A stretch of 64,000 nt of DNA, from IMG/VR virus record IMGVR_UViG_3300000243_000001; one strand, given 5' to 3'. Each line of letters opens with the position of its first letter. Positions within the stretch are counted from its first letter, which is position 1. Below are positions 17,907-44,931 of the stretch, in pieces. This DNA is from an uncultured virus (IMG/VR IMGVR_UViG_3300000243_000001). Taxonomy: Duplodnaviria; Heunggongvirae; Uroviricota; Caudoviricetes. Both the position numbers and the translations under genes were made by a program. The notes below the pieces were generated by a model. It ran no database searches. It saw only the letters and a list, made by a program, of their open reading frames with translations, and was not told the origin of the DNA.

Positions 17907-18833
17907 ATGTATATGAGTCAGCCGCACAATTACAAAGCTTTAATAACACCATTTCAACAGAGAATGTTGCAATTTGGTGTAGATGATTCGAAAATATTCT
18001 TAAGTGAAGCAGCAAATGCGGTGTTTAATTCGTTTACTAATGGCTATACTCCAGATGAAACGGATAGATCGTATGAAAGTCGAAATCATGCAATTCTCGA
18101 TGGTGGATATGTTGAAGCAACGTTAGATGGAACATCTTTAATAAAAGTTACATTGAAACCAACAACATTGGTTGCGGATAATGTATTATTAGTGTTTCCA
18201 GAAGATACTACTGTTGATTGTGATGTTGAAGAATTGGGAGATGATGGTGAAATACTGGTTTTCTTAAACTACCGTTATATACAAACAGTTTATGAGAATC
18301 GCCCGTTCATAAAGGCATTATATTACGACAATATATCATTTACTCCAGATGAATTCGAACCAGCATTAGATTCTATTGTGCTAACACGGATTTCGTTCGA
18401 GAAAACAGATGGTGTCGTTACAAAAATAACGTCATCGATAACAGATCCATATAAACAAATAAAGAAAAATTTTATTACTATCAATGGTGAAGATATTGAA
18501 ATTGCGCCGTTAGCTGGTCTATGGTATCGAATAATTGAAGGTTATCAAAATATACATGCAAGAAAACAAACCTTCACTATAGAAGACCCAAATGAATGGC
18601 AACAGGAGGTACCTACATTTGATATTGGTTCCCCAGGTATATTTCATTCGGTTATTTTACCTATCGATATCGTAAATACAAAGCTATGTCATGTTCAATG
18701 TTTTATTGATAATTTGATGATTAATCCAACGGCAATTCAACATGTTAGTGATGATGAAGTTAAGATTTGGATGCCTGCTGAATGGGCTATTCAGGAAAAT
18801 TTACCAACAATGTCAATTATTGTTACAGGATAA
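17907..18833 (+). CDS. putative fibre-anchor protein
   Basis: N-terminal domain resembles the N-terminus of the 5429-aa protein (ILDG/IVDG ... [22 protein letters not shown] ... [20 protein letters not shown]); ends in one type-A-like bead (VQCFID...P..I...DDEVKI). Start 17907 or 17913 after GAGG. Confidence 0.7.
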   Translation: MYMSQPHNYKALITPFQQRMLQFGVDDSKIFLSEAANAVFNSFTNGYTPDETDRSYESRNHAILDGGYVEATLDGTSLIKVTLKPTTLVADNVLLVFPEDTTVDCDVEELGDDGEILVFLNYRYIQTVYENRPFIKALYYDNISFTPDEFEPALDSIVLTRISFEKTDGVVTKITSSITDPYKQIKKNFITINGEDIEIAPLAGLWYRIIEGYQNIHARKQTFTIEDPNEWQQEVPTFDIGSPGIFHSVILPIDIVNTKLCHVQCFIDNLMINPTAIQHVSDDEVKIWMPAEWAIQENLPTMSIIVTG

Positions 18834-18836
18834 GAT

Positions 18837-19565
18837 ATGAAGTCCTATGGTTTACAGATGGATGGTGAATTTGTAATTGAAGCTATTGATACAAAACCAC
18901 CATGGACTGAAGCATATATTGGTAGATTCATTTATACAGAAGATACTGATTCTTATTGGTTGGGTGGATTAACTAAATGGTTACAGCTTGGGTATGGTAA
19001 AGATTCAGTCGATGAATTCAGCGTTAACTTCGGGTTCGGTTATCGACAAATTAATTCTAGATCCGTACCATTTGACCATCCGCAAATCTCTGGAGATAAT
19101 ATCTTTGAAGGGATGGTTTCGTTAGCTGCAGGTCGAGGGCTTTATGATTCATGTATTTCATCTAGACACTTTAAAACTGGACAGATTAAATCTGCTCATA
19201 TTAATTGGGGTGTAACTGATGGTTTCGTTAACGCGGACATTATACCAATCGAAAGTCTTTTTGTAGATTCAACTACACCTGAAGTTATCACAGTTCAACA
19301 AGCAATCAACCAATTGGAATTAAGTTCTATCAAGATTGCTAGGGTTACAGTTCAATCAACAGCATGGACCTTCGCTCCAGCTGAAAATTTATATCGTACA
19401 ACTGTAGTTGCATTGCCAATTACATCATTTCCATTATCTGTTCAATGTTATAAAGATACTGGTGAGTTAGTAACACCAGAAAGAGTTGAATTAGATAGTG
19501 GTACAAATCGTGTTCATATTTGGCATGAAGTTGCACTTGTACTAAACGTCGTTATGGTAGGATAA
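18837..19565 (+). CDS. putative virion fibre-associated protein (MKSYG family)
   Basis: N-terminal MKSYGLQMDG...W...GRFIY...YWLG module; C-terminal type-A-like bead (VQCYKD). Confidence 0.7.
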   Translation: MKSYGLQMDGEFVIEAIDTKPPWTEAYIGRFIYTEDTDSYWLGGLTKWLQLGYGKDSVDEFSVNFGFGYRQINSRSVPFDHPQISGDNIFEGMVSLAAGRGLYDSCISSRHFKTGQIKSAHINWGVTDGFVNADIIPIESLFVDSTTPEVITVQQAINQLELSSIKIARVTVQSTAWTFAPAENLYRTTVVALPITSFPLSVQCYKDTGELVTPERVELDSGTNRVHIWHEVALVLNVVMVG

Positions 19566-19566
19566 T

Positions 19567-21054
19567 ATGAAAAGTTTCGGTATAAGCATGGATGGTCCAC
19601 TCGTCATTGAACGGGTGGATATTTTACCGACTTGGACTTCTTCGCTCGTTGGGCGAATGGTGTATGAACGGGCTTCATCTACGTATTGGATAGCTGGAGA
19701 TACAGCAGATGATGGTATTGCTGGATGGATTCAATTTGGATTAAACAGTCGTGGTATAATTTCAGATTATATGCGGTGGGATGTTGATCTTGTTGATTCA
19801 ACGGCAATATCGTCTGAAGATATGCCTACTTATTACCTCGATTCAACGAGCAATGTTCAAGTTGCATTAAACTCAATCACCGACAATATCTCTGGTATAA
19901 TTGAAGGATCCTTATTAGGTCCAAAATCAGTTACCTATGATAACGTCGGATTCACATCAGCTGATGTTCCATTTGCGAATAGTCAAGGTAAATTTGATGT
20001 TGCATATGAGACAGTTGAACAAGTTTTAAATTTCTTACGTTATTCAACTGCCGATCAGATTTTGTTCCTAGAACCACATGATTTCGGATTAGGGATTACA
20101 TCTAATGCAGATAACGTACAACAAGCTTTACTTGATATAGATAAATATTTTGAGAATTTAAATGCCGATAAAGTAAAGGCATTGATACCATCAACTAGTG
20201 TCTGGTCATCTGTACAAAGTATCTTAGATATGTTGAATAGTAATATTGCAAATATATCTTATGTTGGCCTAGTTGGAACTCCTGAAAATTATGGATTAGA
20301 TAAACAATTTCTTCGAACCAATGGGGAAGATTCTGTTTATTATTCAGATGTATATGCTAGTGATATTATATGCCAATATCCCGGGACAGTTGCAAATACG
20401 GTTCAAGGTGCATTAGCTATAATTGATAGTCGCATTAATGAACTTAGTGGTGGAAACTTGCGACTTGACTCTAGTGATATTAGCTACGACGATAGTCCTT
20501 CTATTGGGTTAAATAACGTTGATGATGTTCTTGATTATTTGATTCGAGAATGCTTTACTGCAGCGAATCTACCAGAAGCATCACAAGTATCATCCGTTAG
20601 TATTGGAAATACAAATAATGTTCAAGCGTCTCTTGAGTTTATACAAATTGAGGTTGAGGCATTACAAGCAAGTGGTGGTACTGAGCTTTGTGAAGCATCT
20701 ATATCTCCATTATCATTATCTGCAAATTCACTAGTCACTTTAGCAATCCCTAGACAAGATTATCTATTGTTGACTCACACTTATGGTGGAACAACTGAAA
20801 CTAATGTATTCATTTCTGCGAGAATTGTTGTTCATTCATCTTCATTAGATCAAGATTTGGTTGCGAGTATTGAAGGTAACGATTCAGTAACTATTGCTAA
20901 AGAATTACTTTATCCTGGTTATACTATTACATTGATGGCTAAGGCAACATTATCTCCGAATGAAACAATCAATCTAACTGTATCTAGCACCAGTGACGGG
21001 TGTGATAGTATCGTAATTAAAGATTATCGAATGTTGATACAACCATCGTTATAG
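19567..21054 (+). CDS. putative virion fibre protein (MKSYG family)
   Basis: Shared N-terminal module; repeated (S/D)NVQ.AL helical units; C-terminal beta domain. Confidence 0.7.
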   Translation: MKSFGISMDGPLVIERVDILPTWTSSLVGRMVYERASSTYWIAGDTADDGIAGWIQFGLNSRGIISDYMRWDVDLVDSTAISSEDMPTYYLDSTSNVQVALNSITDNISGIIEGSLLGPKSVTYDNVGFTSADVPFANSQGKFDVAYETVEQVLNFLRYSTADQILFLEPHDFGLGITSNADNVQQALLDIDKYFENLNADKVKALIPSTSVWSSVQSILDMLNSNIANISYVGLVGTPENYGLDKQFLRTNGEDSVYYSDVYASDIICQYPGTVANTVQGALAIIDSRINELSGGNLRLDSSDISYDDSPSIGLNNVDDVLDYLIRECFTAANLPEASQVSSVSIGNTNNVQASLEFIQIEVEALQASGGTELCEASISPLSLSANSLVTLAIPRQDYLLLTHTYGGTTETNVFISARIVVHSSSLDQDLVASIEGNDSVTIAKELLYPGYTITLMAKATLSPNETINLTVSSTSDGCDSIVIKDYRMLIQPSL

Positions 21055-21062
21055 GTTAAAAT

Positions 21063-24035
21063 ATGGAATCGTATGGATTAGCGTTTAGTCAAGAGTTGGT
21101 CGTTGAGAAGGTTTTATTAGTACCAACATGGACAGAATCTGATCAAGGTCGAATCATTTATAGTTTGCGGAATAAACGATGTTATATAGGTCGGTTAAAT
21201 GATTGGGAAATCTTAGGAATCTATGAGTATATGATTAAAGACCATCATTTATTCACAGATGATCAAATTACTGGATCTAAACATGCGATTTCCGCATTAC
21301 GTGTTCCGATTGAATTTAGTTCGGATACTGTTTCAATAACAAATCCAATTGCAACTCAATATGATTCAGATAAAGAGTTTTTTGGATTCGATAGCACATC
21401 TAATGTTCAATTCGTATTAGATGGAATACATCACAACTTAAACAACACTCAATTTAAATTCAGCGACGAATCACTTACGATCGATATGTTTAGTGACTCT
21501 GTAACTGCAATGGCGTTTGGTGTTCAGCAAGATATAAATAAATTAGCGTCTGCTACAACAGCCGATTGGAATTTAGTTGACATTATTATCGATGATCCAA
21601 ACGCTAACTTTGGGCATGTCTTAGGACTTAGTCCAACTTCATTGCAAGATGCTTTGGTTGATTTGGCTAAATATCTAGAGACAATATCTGCATCTAATAT
21701 TCCAGCCACATTATCTTCTAGTCCTGAATCGATAATGATACAGTTTGCGTTTGATGAAATTCAATCTAAACAGTATGATTTACATTTCACGGATATTGAA
21801 GACGGTCCACAAATGTATGATGAGAATGAACTGTCTCTTCTCCATACAACAAGTAATGCTCCAATGGATTGGATTGAGCCTGGCTCATTTAATATTAACG
21901 TTCGTTTACCAAATGTTCATAATTCTATTGTTGAAATGGATACTATTGTTGTTAGTTCGGAAAAGTATTTCCCTAAGGGTGAATGCTTAACTACATCTAT
22001 TCAAAATACAGTTGTCTTTGATAGAATAACAAATAGTCCTGCAGATTATTATTCAACTGGACTTCAACAAGGACTGGAAATAATCCGAGACTTACAGTGT
22101 GCTCCTCCAGATCGTGCTTTGGAGTGTAGTCCAATGTTAATTGTTGCGTCTCAAGAAGAATTTGATACAACTACTCGAGTTGAACAACGCAAAGATGATT
22201 CTTTATGTTGTCCTCTTACAAAGAATGACAATGATGAAGACTGGGGTTTAATATTTTCTACTTGGCATCGATTCTCTCATGAGAAAGGATACAATTATCA
22301 ACCGGCGATAACATCTCACTTGGGATCGTATGCATTAACTGCAGATGGTATTAAAACTACTGCTGATTCTCATTCACATAATGGTACAGTTAGTTTCAAT
22401 GCATATGATTGTTTTGAATTTGAAGTTACAATTACTTCAGATACAACAGATAATGATATGATTGGTATTGTTGCTGCATTTCATGTCGATAGTAGTGGTT
22501 GGGAACATACATTAACCGCTGTTCGTATTCATGGATCTGAAGAAGATTATATGGCTATTGGTGGTGATGGATCTGAAGCTAATCCTGGAACACATGTTCA
22601 GTGGGCATTAGTCTATAATTACCGTCAAGATACCGAATGGTTGATTCTAGATGGTACTGGCGGTACTGCAAAGTGCCCAAGTTCATATCAAGGCGATCCG
22701 TGGAGTGAAGAAACTGGTTGGTTTAATCATTTCTCTAGAATTAAAGTAACTCGTAAATTAGATTCATTGTCTGTATCTTGTACTAATTGGGATACGGAAG
22801 AACCATTTCGAGCAACATTAAGCATTAATCTAGATTCTGATCCTAGATTAGCTAAGTTTAAAGGGCCACAACGATATGGTTATTCAGCACATTCGACAAT
22901 GAATGCTACTTGGGAACGTCAAGTAATTGATTGTTTAGATTGTGGATCTACCAACTGTAGAGACATGGTCCTCTCTCATGAGGGTGGGTGCATACATACA
23001 TCAGATCCATCTGAAATTGCAGGATTAAAAGCAACTTTAGGTGATACAGATTCAACGTGTTGGCCTTGTTCGAGATTGGAGACTGTTGGTGAAAACTTAA
23101 TTGATTTTGAAGAAGTTTGGTCTACTTGGTTACGATATGCATCTCCTGGCGAATCAACTGATACTTGGACATTTATTAATGGGTCAATTCATTCAACAGA
23201 TAATTGGCAATATGTATCTTATTTTTATTCAAGTCAACGATACTCTAAATATCGATTTGAATTAACAGTTAGATCCGGCAATTCAGACGACGATGGTATA
23301 TTTTTAGTTGCAGCACATTCATCTAATTCGAATTTGATTGTCATGAGAACACAAGGTGGTCTTGGTAGTTCTATTGGTTCATTTTCTGTAATATATAATT
23401 ATGGATTATCTGGAATGGTGGTTCTTGGTAAGATGTCATATAATGATTCTAGTGGTTCTTGGAGTGGACGATTTTCCAGACTATCTGTATGTCGTTATGA
23501 TGATATATTAACAATCATGTGTTCTAACTTTAATTCAACATCACTTAATCCAAATACAATGGTTACAGTCGATCTTAAAGATTATCCATTATTATCTGGA
23601 CCCAAATCTATTGGTTTTGGTTGTATATCTCAAGCTGATTCTTGGTTTAGTGACCCTGGGTTATATGCTGTTGAATCTCCACCTCCACCTGAACCTATAC
23701 CACATATTTACGATTATCATGAACAAACATTGTGGGTATGGGCAGATTGTGCATGGAGTCCAGTTGAACTTGAATACCCATGTGGTGGATATATTGATGA
23801 ACCTAGTCCTTGTAGTTTGGTTAAACAATCGTGTTCTGCGTTAGATACTACAGTACGTAAAATTTATGATATTGCAAATCTATATATGTATGAATGGGAT
23901 CCAGAAGAATGTATATGGGTTGCTGAACACTGTCCAGATTGGAGTGAATTAAATCGAAATACTATATTTTACAATGATATTACATGTCGTGTATTTTATC
24001 ATGACTGTGATCGACAATGGAGCCCACTAGTATGA
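21063..24035 (+). CDS. putative fibre protein with two lectin-like domains, Cys-rich
   Basis: MESYGL module; two homologous beta domains with DNDMIGIVAA / DDDGIFLVAA (thrombospondin C-terminal-like acidic motif), FSRI.V.R and GP...G. Confidence 0.65.
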   Translation: MESYGLAFSQELVVEKVLLVPTWTESDQGRIIYSLRNKRCYIGRLNDWEILGIYEYMIKDHHLFTDDQITGSKHAISALRVPIEFSSDTVSITNPIATQYDSDKEFFGFDSTSNVQFVLDGIHHNLNNTQFKFSDESLTIDMFSDSVTAMAFGVQQDINKLASATTADWNLVDIIIDDPNANFGHVLGLSPTSLQDALVDLAKYLETISASNIPATLSSSPESIMIQFAFDEIQSKQYDLHFTDIEDGPQMYDENELSLLHTTSNAPMDWIEPGSFNINVRLPNVHNSIVEMDTIVVSSEKYFPKGECLTTSIQNTVVFDRITNSPADYYSTGLQQGLEIIRDLQCAPPDRALECSPMLIVASQEEFDTTTRVEQRKDDSLCCPLTKNDNDEDWGLIFSTWHRFSHEKGYNYQPAITSHLGSYALTADGIKTTADSHSHNGTVSFNAYDCFEFEVTITSDTTDNDMIGIVAAFHVDSSGWEHTLTAVRIHGSEEDYMAIGGDGSEANPGTHVQWALVYNYRQDTEWLILDGTGGTAKCPSSYQGDPWSEETGWFNHFSRIKVTRKLDSLSVSCTNWDTEEPFRATLSINLDSDPRLAKFKGPQRYGYSAHSTMNATWERQVIDCLDCGSTNCRDMVLSHEGGCIHTSDPSEIAGLKATLGDTDSTCWPCSRLETVGENLIDFEEVWSTWLRYASPGESTDTWTFINGSIHSTDNWQYVSYFYSSQRYSKYRFELTVRSGNSDDDGIFLVAAHSSNSNLIVMRTQGGLGSSIGSFSVIYNYGLSGMVVLGKMSYNDSSGSWSGRFSRLSVCRYDDILTIMCSNFNSTSLNPNTMVTVDLKDYPLLSGPKSIGFGCISQADSWFSDPGLYAVESPPPPEPIPHIYDYHEQTLWVWADCAWSPVELEYPCGGYIDEPSPCSLVKQSCSALDTTVRKIYDIANLYMYEWDPEECIWVAEHCPDWSELNRNTIFYNDITCRVFYHDCDRQWSPLV

Positions 24036-25366
24036 AATTACATGGACTAGAAATGATTGGTCCATTGATGATTGAACAAATAAAAAGACGTAGTGTATGG
24101 ACAATTGATGACTGTGGAAGAATGTTATATGAAAAATCTACCGAATCGTATTGGTTGGGTGGAGTCGTAGGTTGGTTACCGTTTACACTATCTAGTGGAT
24201 CTGTGAAATTAAGACATGTTCGTATTGGTGACGATGGAACTGAAGTATCTGCTGATGATATTCCATGTGAATTGAATGGATTGAATACAACGATTCAAGG
24301 TGCAGTACTGAACCTTGGTAATCTTGAAATTAATGAAGAAATCACCATTGGTGAAAACGCATTGATCGATAGATATGTTGGATTTAATGCTAATACATTA
24401 CCGATGGATACTACTAGTTTTGGACAAGTTCTGGAATCGTTAGTATCACAAGGAGATGTTAATATTTACATGGATAGTACATCATTACCGATTGTAAAAC
24501 ACTATCTTGATACGACATCATTGTTCGATACGACATCATTGTTCGATACGACATCATTATTTGATACGACATCTCAATTCGATACGACATCTCAATTCGA
24601 TACGACATCATTGTTAACAATTCATGATGGACTAATTTGTATTGAACGATATTGCGATGATATATATGCAGAAAATGTAACGTCATATGATTCAACGTCT
24701 AATGTTCAATTTAATTTGGAACATCTGTTTGAAACACAACGATCACCTGGCAAATTTAACGATCTTAAAGATACTGGTCAATGGGACGACTGTGCAATTG
24801 ATATCCCAGGATATGCTGAAACTCAAACTAAAATGTATAGAGATCCAGAAACTGGAGTCTTAGTAATTATTGAACCTGGAAACTGGATTCGAACATTTAA
24901 AACAACTGTTTTTGGAACAACGTGGGGATGTATAGGTGCAGAATATCTTAGTGTTACAGATTGGCACGGTTCTCCTCAAGGTGATTCTTGTCAAATACCA
25001 TATGATAATATACAAGCTTTTATAGATACATGTGGTGCAGATTTTAAGAAATGTATGCCTCACACTGTTACCGATATGTTGATTATTGACGATCAAGAAG
25101 ATTATGATGAGTTATATGAACATTATCGACACAATCATGTTCCAGGTGAACCTAATATAATGTATGATTTACGAAATGATAAAGTATATCGATATTATAA
25201 TGGTGAATGGCCAGATGCAGATCCGGAATGTAATGTGATGGACGATATTACTGAAAATCGAATATATGTTGTTCCACTTACAAATACGATGTTTTATTTT
25301 GATTGCGATAAAGTGCCGTTAAAGATCTTTGATAAAAAACGATTTATAATTGAAGAAGAGGGTTAA
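24032..25366 (+). CDS. putative fibre protein (MKSYG family) with DTTS tandem repeat
   Basis: Start moved to ATG 24032 (MKLHGLEM; ATGA overlap with upstream stop, GGAG upstream); shared N- and C-terminal modules. Confidence 0.7.
   Translation: MKLHGLEMIGPLMIEQIKRRSVWTIDDCGRMLYEKSTESYWLGGVVGWLPFTLSSGSVKLRHVRIGDDGTEVSADDIPCELNGLNTTIQGAVLNLGNLEINEEITIGENALIDRYVGFNANTLPMDTTSFGQVLESLVSQGDVNIYMDSTSLPIVKHYLDTTSLFDTTSLFDTTSLFDTTSQFDTTSQFDTTSLLTIHDGLICIERYCDDIYAENVTSYDSTSNVQFNLEHLFETQRSPGKFNDLKDTGQWDDCAIDIPGYAETQTKMYRDPETGVLVIIEPGNWIRTFKTTVFGTTWGCIGAEYLSVTDWHGSPQGDSCQIPYDNIQAFIDTCGADFKKCMPHTVTDMLIIDDQEDYDELYEHYRHNHVPGEPNIMYDLRNDKVYRYYNGEWPDADPECNVMDDITENRIYVVPLTNTMFYFDCDKVPLKIFDKKRFIIEEEG
24509..24616 (+). 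repeat. 6 x 18-bp in-frame tandem repeat encoding DTTS(L/Q)(F/L)
   Basis: GATACGACATCATTGTTC-type units at 24509, 24527, 24545, 24563, 24581, 24599. Confidence 0.95.
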
Positions 25367-25369
25367 ATT

Positions 25370-27340
25370 ATGACCATGAAATCATGTTCTCGTTTAAGCC
25401 AATTTGACCCATTATACGAAATTCTTGATGAATTACCAGATGTAGATGTACATCATCATGGAAGATATGTTTATATAACTCCAGATGACACATTTTATGT
25501 ATTAAGTCATGGTGGATGGTTGCCGTTAGGTGTAAAACTACCGGTAAACCAACAACATGTCCAATTAAAATTAACAGATGATATTTCTGCCGTTAAATCG
25601 GAGAATATACCATGTTGGTCAGATGACTATGTATCGAATGTACAATTGACGATATATGACTTTCAATTAGATATAAGAAGTGCGAAGAAAGCCGAACAAT
25701 TGGGTAATACCTCTATTGATAATTTCCATATTGATATCTATGGTTTCAATAAAGTATCTTCTACAACCTTATTGTTAACTGATACAATAGGTGCCAATAT
25801 ACCCGCTAATAGTACATCTAGTAAGGCGTTAAATTATTTAGCTGACAAATCAGATACTAAGTTATTCCTTAATGAAGATACTATATCTGGTAAGTATTTA
25901 GGTGATCCGTGTTTTACCGTTGCAGATAGCCTGGTATTGGATGCTAATTTTTTATCTATCTTATCTGGTGATGATATTCAAGCTTCTTTTTTTGATTCGT
26001 CATCTAATATTCAATTTGTAATTGACAATATTGATTATAAATGGAACAATAGTGGGTTTACAACGTTAACTGGAGCTCCAAGAATGTTTACGAACATTCA
26101 GTCTGGAGAAGGTATCAGTTCAACTGAACCTGTTGATTTTCTTCGTATTGGTAGTGATGATGATGAGTATGAGTATATTGAGTTTAATTCAATATATGAT
26201 ATCTGGGAGCAATATGTACCAGATACTATCGATAGATGGGAGATTGATTGTGGTGAGTTTGTTTGGAAAAAGCTAAATGATGAAATTCAAGCTGAATCAT
26301 TCTCTCATTGTCCAGCACATATGGTATCCGTCGATCTATATGATGAATTCGTATTGGATATTATAATTGGATCTCCAGATGAAGAAGGTGAACCAATATA
26401 TACAGTTATCGCTCATACTGAATATCTTGGAGTTATTCATACATTAAGTGCGGTTCGACATGTTGGTGCAGTAGTTAAACGATGGCATGATGATTTAAGT
26501 ACTACGGATATGTTTTCCATAGTCTATGATATTGGTCTTACTACACAACAGGTCTTAGTTCAAACAGATAATGTTAATTCTCTTAATCCTGGATGGAATG
26601 GTCAATATTCTCGAATCTATGTAAAGCGAACTGGTAATGAAATAATTGCAATAACTTCAGTTCTCGATAAGTATGGTCTTAATTATGGAACGTCATTATC
26701 GATTAATATTAATTCATATCAAGTACTTCAAAAGTTTAAAGGTCCACAACGAATTGGTTTTGGTACACAATCTCAGGCTTCTGCTTGGGTTAAAGATCCT
26801 GCTGTGTTTCTTCGAGATGCTGCCGGTCATGCCGCGAGTCCATATCTTCGTGGTAATGGTGTTGATTGGACCAAGTTTAATATGGTTACTGCAGATGAGA
26901 TCTATGCTCCATTAACATCGTGTTTTGATGATTGTGAATGTGAAGATCCCGATGCAAATACCACGGCATTACAACAAACAATATGTCAATTATTTAAGAA
27001 TGTATTTAGTTGTAAAGATTATATTCGATTTGAACATTTTATTGATACTGATGAAGAAGTTAATATGTTGATGCCAATGGGTCTAGAAGATCCAGATGAT
27101 CCTGAATCACCAATGGTTCCCGTTGATCCAGTTGCTAGGATCATTTATGATATTCGAACAGATGATGTTTGGGTATATAATTGTGGAGTATGGATGATTG
27201 ATGAATGTCGAACTGTATGTAAGTTAGAAAAAAATAGAATGTATTTTAATACGGTAACTAGAAAATTATTTTATTTAGCTTGTGATTGTTCTGTATATGC
27301 GTTACTTACATTTACGTTACCAGAAGGTTCATGTGCTTAA
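25370..27340 (+). CDS. putative fibre protein with one lectin-like domain
   Basis: Divergent family N-terminus (GRYVY...GGW); HTLSAVR...YSRIYVKR...KFKGPQRIGFG homologous to the 21063 domains; shared IYDIR...CD C-terminal module. Confidence 0.65.
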   Translation: MTMKSCSRLSQFDPLYEILDELPDVDVHHHGRYVYITPDDTFYVLSHGGWLPLGVKLPVNQQHVQLKLTDDISAVKSENIPCWSDDYVSNVQLTIYDFQLDIRSAKKAEQLGNTSIDNFHIDIYGFNKVSSTTLLLTDTIGANIPANSTSSKALNYLADKSDTKLFLNEDTISGKYLGDPCFTVADSLVLDANFLSILSGDDIQASFFDSSSNIQFVIDNIDYKWNNSGFTTLTGAPRMFTNIQSGEGISSTEPVDFLRIGSDDDEYEYIEFNSIYDIWEQYVPDTIDRWEIDCGEFVWKKLNDEIQAESFSHCPAHMVSVDLYDEFVLDIIIGSPDEEGEPIYTVIAHTEYLGVIHTLSAVRHVGAVVKRWHDDLSTTDMFSIVYDIGLTTQQVLVQTDNVNSLNPGWNGQYSRIYVKRTGNEIIAITSVLDKYGLNYGTSLSININSYQVLQKFKGPQRIGFGTQSQASAWVKDPAVFLRDAAGHAASPYLRGNGVDWTKFNMVTADEIYAPLTSCFDDCECEDPDANTTALQQTICQLFKNVFSCKDYIRFEHFIDTDEEVNMLMPMGLEDPDDPESPMVPVDPVARIIYDIRTDDVWVYNCGVWMIDECRTVCKLEKNRMYFNTVTRKLFYLACDCSVYALLTFTLPEGSCA

Positions 27341-27356
27341 TAAATGAGGACACGAT

Positions 27357-28550
27357 ATGAAAAGTTATGGGATGGCCATGCAAGGTCAGATTGTCATCGA
27401 AAAAGTTGAAGAACGCCCAGACTGGTCATCTCACGATATTGGAAGATTTATTTACGAGACCAGTACTGGAATGTATTGGTTAGGAGCATATACCAATACA
27501 GTTGGGTATGCTGGTTGGGTTCCAATCGGATTATCGGATGGAATCATTAAATCTCAATTTATCGATTGGGATGTTGATTTGATTGGGCACCCGGACAAAG
27601 TTAGCGCGAAATCCATTCCGTGTTGGTATGGTGACTCAACGTCAAATGTCCAACTTGCGATAGATACGATCATAGCGGATATTAAATCTGTATCTAGTGG
27701 CGATTTAATTGAACCAGGTAGTATTAAAGATTTTCATTTAGATACTACTGGACCAAATGCAATTACGTCATCAACGATACCTATTGATAACACTATGGGT
27801 TATTTTTCAACTGGAATTGAGACAATTGAAGATGCTCTTAATTTCTTGTATGATCGAAGAGCAGATTCAGTAGCAGTTACCAGTGGGTTTGGGTCCATAC
27901 TTGGACTAACGTCATCTAATGTACAACAAGCATTGGAAGATTTAGAAGTATATATTGCAGGGTTATCCGCTGATAGAGTTAAAGCAACATACCCTGCTAC
28001 TGGTGAATCGAGTAATGTGCAATATATATTAGATGCATATTATAACTTATTGGTTACGTTAAATTTTACAGACTTACTAGGAACTCCTGATGATTACGGA
28101 ATAGAAGGACAATATCTAAGATCAAATGGTGTAGACGCAGCATGTTGGGCAACTATAGATGCTAGTGAGGTAACATGTTTGTGGCCAGGTTGTTCTGGCG
28201 AGGCTTCAATTGACATTACAGTCCAAGATGCTATATGTCAATTATATGAACTGTATGGTAGTTGTAGACCTATTGTTGAAGTATTGTTGTTTTGTATGGA
28301 CGATGGTGAAATCGCTGCTAGTAAAGCTGGATATCAAGACAGCGGAACATCTAAAGCCTATGTTTTTGATATCCGAGACAATACAGTTCATCATTGGGAT
28401 GGTAGTGCTTGGACAACGAATTGTGAATTTTCAATTTACGATAATGCTCATGGTGCATTGATCTATAACGATGTGACACAGAATATGTTTACAATAACTT
28501 GCGATCAGCGAATAGTTACAGTTTTCAATGTTGCGAATTTTTCACAATAA
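27357..28550 (+). CDS. putative fibre protein (MKSYG family)
   Basis: Close paralogue of 19567 (WDVDL, DSTSNVQ, NVQQAL, GTP..YG...Q.LR.NG.D) with a different C-terminal module. Confidence 0.7.
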   Translation: MKSYGMAMQGQIVIEKVEERPDWSSHDIGRFIYETSTGMYWLGAYTNTVGYAGWVPIGLSDGIIKSQFIDWDVDLIGHPDKVSAKSIPCWYGDSTSNVQLAIDTIIADIKSVSSGDLIEPGSIKDFHLDTTGPNAITSSTIPIDNTMGYFSTGIETIEDALNFLYDRRADSVAVTSGFGSILGLTSSNVQQALEDLEVYIAGLSADRVKATYPATGESSNVQYILDAYYNLLVTLNFTDLLGTPDDYGIEGQYLRSNGVDAACWATIDASEVTCLWPGCSGEASIDITVQDAICQLYELYGSCRPIVEVLLFCMDDGEIAASKAGYQDSGTSKAYVFDIRDNTVHHWDGSAWTTNCEFSIYDNAHGALIYNDVTQNMFTITCDQRIVTVFNVANFSQ

Positions 28551-28578
28551 ATTTTGATGTTAGGTAGGAGGAAATACA

Positions 28579-44868
<16,290 letters not shown>

Positions 44869-44880
44869 GTAACCTGGGAT

Positions 44881-44908
44881 ATGGGAGAGTAGAAACTTGC
44901 TCTCCCAT
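44881..44908 (+). terminator. strong hairpin after the giant gene
   Basis: ATGGGAGAGTA-GAAACT-TGCTCTCCCAT, 11-bp stem; poor U tract, so partial terminator or 3' stabiliser. Confidence 0.55.
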
Positions 44909-44931
44909 TCCTAATCTTTAAGAGAGTAATA

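Noticed and set aside
24509..24616. CRISPR-like array
   Set aside because: Head-to-tail 18-bp units without spacers, in frame within a CDS.
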